From Proteromonas lacertae (Eukaryota): a stretch of 64,000 bases of DNA. Location of the stretch: the NCBI GenBank assembly GCA_002245135.1, contig NGBS01001160.1:496001-560000 (forward strand), written 5' to 3'. The notes below the pieces were generated by a model. It searched no databases. It was not told the origin of the DNA and saw only the letters and a program-made list of their open reading frames with translations. Positions 62,183 to 64,000 of the stretch are shown here, piece by piece (the first letter of the stretch is position 1; each line of letters opens with the position of its first letter). Both the position numbers and the translations under genes were made by a program.

Positions 62183-63600
62183 TTACATAGAATCTAACTT
62201 ATTCTCCGGGATTGTCTCATATAAATTGATATAATTACTATTTTGTGCTTCAACACGTTGGAGACTAGTCTTATAAGGAGTACTAACCTTCGGTACGTTG
62301 GATCTAGTTAATGAAGTATGAGCATTAGCTGGGGACATAGGGACGGGATTATTATTCTTAATTGAAGACTTCATCATAGAAGACAATCTCAATTGATTAT
62401 GAAGAGGAGTGCCTGGTTTCTTACCTGAATCACGCAATATTGAATGATGTCTAGCCACTGGAGTAGTTGCCGTACCAACTAAACTACTACTATTACTTCT
62501 TCCACAACCACCACTTTCTTCGCCGTTTGCCATAATACACAAAGAAGAATTAACTGTTGTGGATGATCTAGCTCTCGCTGAGTTTATTCGTTGAGGTAAC
62601 TGTTTCCTATATTCTATATAGTACTCATCAATTTCATGTAACAACGGATATTGCGTAAACATACTTAAATATTTAACAGCAAAACATTCTTTAAGGGGTT
62701 TATAATCAGGATGATATTTCTTGATTATAATTGTAGTTAAATCAATCATTGTTATTGAATCTAAATCTGTTTCATAATCATATACTGAACAATTACATTC
62801 ACCAAGTATAACATTTCTCATTCTTATACTACACTTTTCAGGTGGATATTTACCTTTGTGAGTCATTCTATAGTCTTTTATTTGTTGAATGTTTTTTCTT
62901 CTGTTTAATAGTTTTATTCCATTCCATACTCGATTTATTAAATTCATTCGTATTTGTGATAAATTAGTCCATAATTCTTGTCTCTGTGAAGCAAAATTAA
63001 GGAATTGGTTGAAACTTAGAAAACCATCATCATTTCTATAAAAAATAAATATACATTAATATACATATCTAAATATTTAAAAGACTGAATGCTTGATATA
63101 TCTGCATAGGTAGTTGCTTCAAACAATTTTAATATATTCAAAATATCTTTCCAAGAAACTAATTTTGACGACTCTGGAAGAGAATGTATAATTGTGTAAA
63201 AAATAGCAGGCGTTGGAGCAAATGATAAATATACAATAGTTTGAAAAAATGTATTCCAATCTAATTGGTCACCATTCTCTATAACAATAGAATTTCATTA
63301 ATTTAATACGTAGATATGAAAAAATATGATCAAAAAATGGGAGATAATCAACTTGAATTAAACCTACCAGTTTTGATGTAAAATAAGCAGGAGAAGTGCT
63401 TTTTCTATCACATTAATAATAATACCATATATATACTTTGCAAAATATCTATATAGCTTTAATAATGTTTTTATTTCGTGATTATTCACTAAGAATAAAA
63501 TTGTATCTATACTAAAAAAATATTTAGCAAAACGCAAGGATTCCTGGTTGAACCCATTCATTTCTGCACAATCTAAAGGACCAACTGAGCCTCTTAACAT
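62183..63600 (-). CDS. Degenerate EF-hand family protein (tandem paralog 2), 4 introns
   Basis: Spliced EF loop DINDDGFLSFNQF. Motifs FAKYFF, NRRKNI and FAVKYLSMFTQYPLLHEIDEYYIEYR. Confidence 0.8.
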
Positions 63601-63754
63601 CCCATATAGAATTTAGAAAGAATAACGAAATGACTAAAACGACTATATTTTTGGATTATTTGTTTTTTTCTCTGTATCAATAAATGCTACAAATCAATAA
63701 AGAAATCTTAAAGTTTATAATATGCACATTATATAGACAGATTTTGCAAATATA

Positions 63755-64000
63755 CTAAGATACCTCGTCATATTTGGTCATATCTACACTAATCGTAGTT
63801 TCACTTTTGTTAGTAGTTGTAGGACTAGTTACAGTGTTTACTAGAATATTTGGAATTGCACAAGTAGATTTTCTGTTATTTCCACTGATTCCATACATTG
63901 ACAAATTATTAATACTCTTTCTAGAATGCGATACTCTTGTTGATGTTCTTAATATTGACTTTTTGCTTGGTGTACCATTGTTTGTCATTCTATTCATCAC
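63755..64000 (-). CDS. 3' end of a gene truncated by the window edge, possibly a third paralog of the EF-hand family
   Basis: Ser/Thr/Asn-rich tail with SILR, like the tails of the two neighbours. TAG at 63755-63757. Confidence 0.5.
   Translation of the reverse strand: MMNRMTNNGTPSKKSILRTSTRVSHSRKSINNLSMYGISGNNRKSTCAIPNILVNTVTSPTTTNKSETTISVDMTKYDEVS

Overview
Very AT-rich (roughly a quarter GC by eye), gene-dense eukaryotic nuclear DNA. It holds about 29 protein-coding genes, mostly split by very short GT-AG introns (mainly 24-45 nt), with intergenic gaps often under 150 bp. This architecture and a mastigoneme-like gene suggest a Blastocystis/opalinate-type stramenopile (inference, not a database result). 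The standard genetic code is used. I found no rRNA, tRNA, CRISPR array or transposon. I built spliced gene models by hand, because the ORF track fragments nearly every gene and misses the real + strand RIIa gene at 17791-19277. Highlights: (1) a ~3594-aa secreted protein with mastigoneme (Sig1/Ocm1/Mas)-like EGF ends, carrying a ~9-kb chain of about 80 small Cys-rich, CSalpha/beta-like modules arranged as a near-perfect 1353-bp higher-order repeat and bracketed by RRR(R)xL motifs; (2) an intronless histone H4 with a metazoan-type 3' stem-loop; (3) a double-Smr protein ending in a CaaX box; (4) a two-repeat cyclic-nucleotide-gated K+ channel; (5) an Sp17/RSP7-like RIIa domain with a ~420-aa acidic repeat tail; (6) a pseudokinase-LRR gene with seven same-position phase-1 introns; (7) a glycosyltransferase-like/ankyrin fusion; (8) three single-base frame breaks and one missing ATG, which may be assembly errors.
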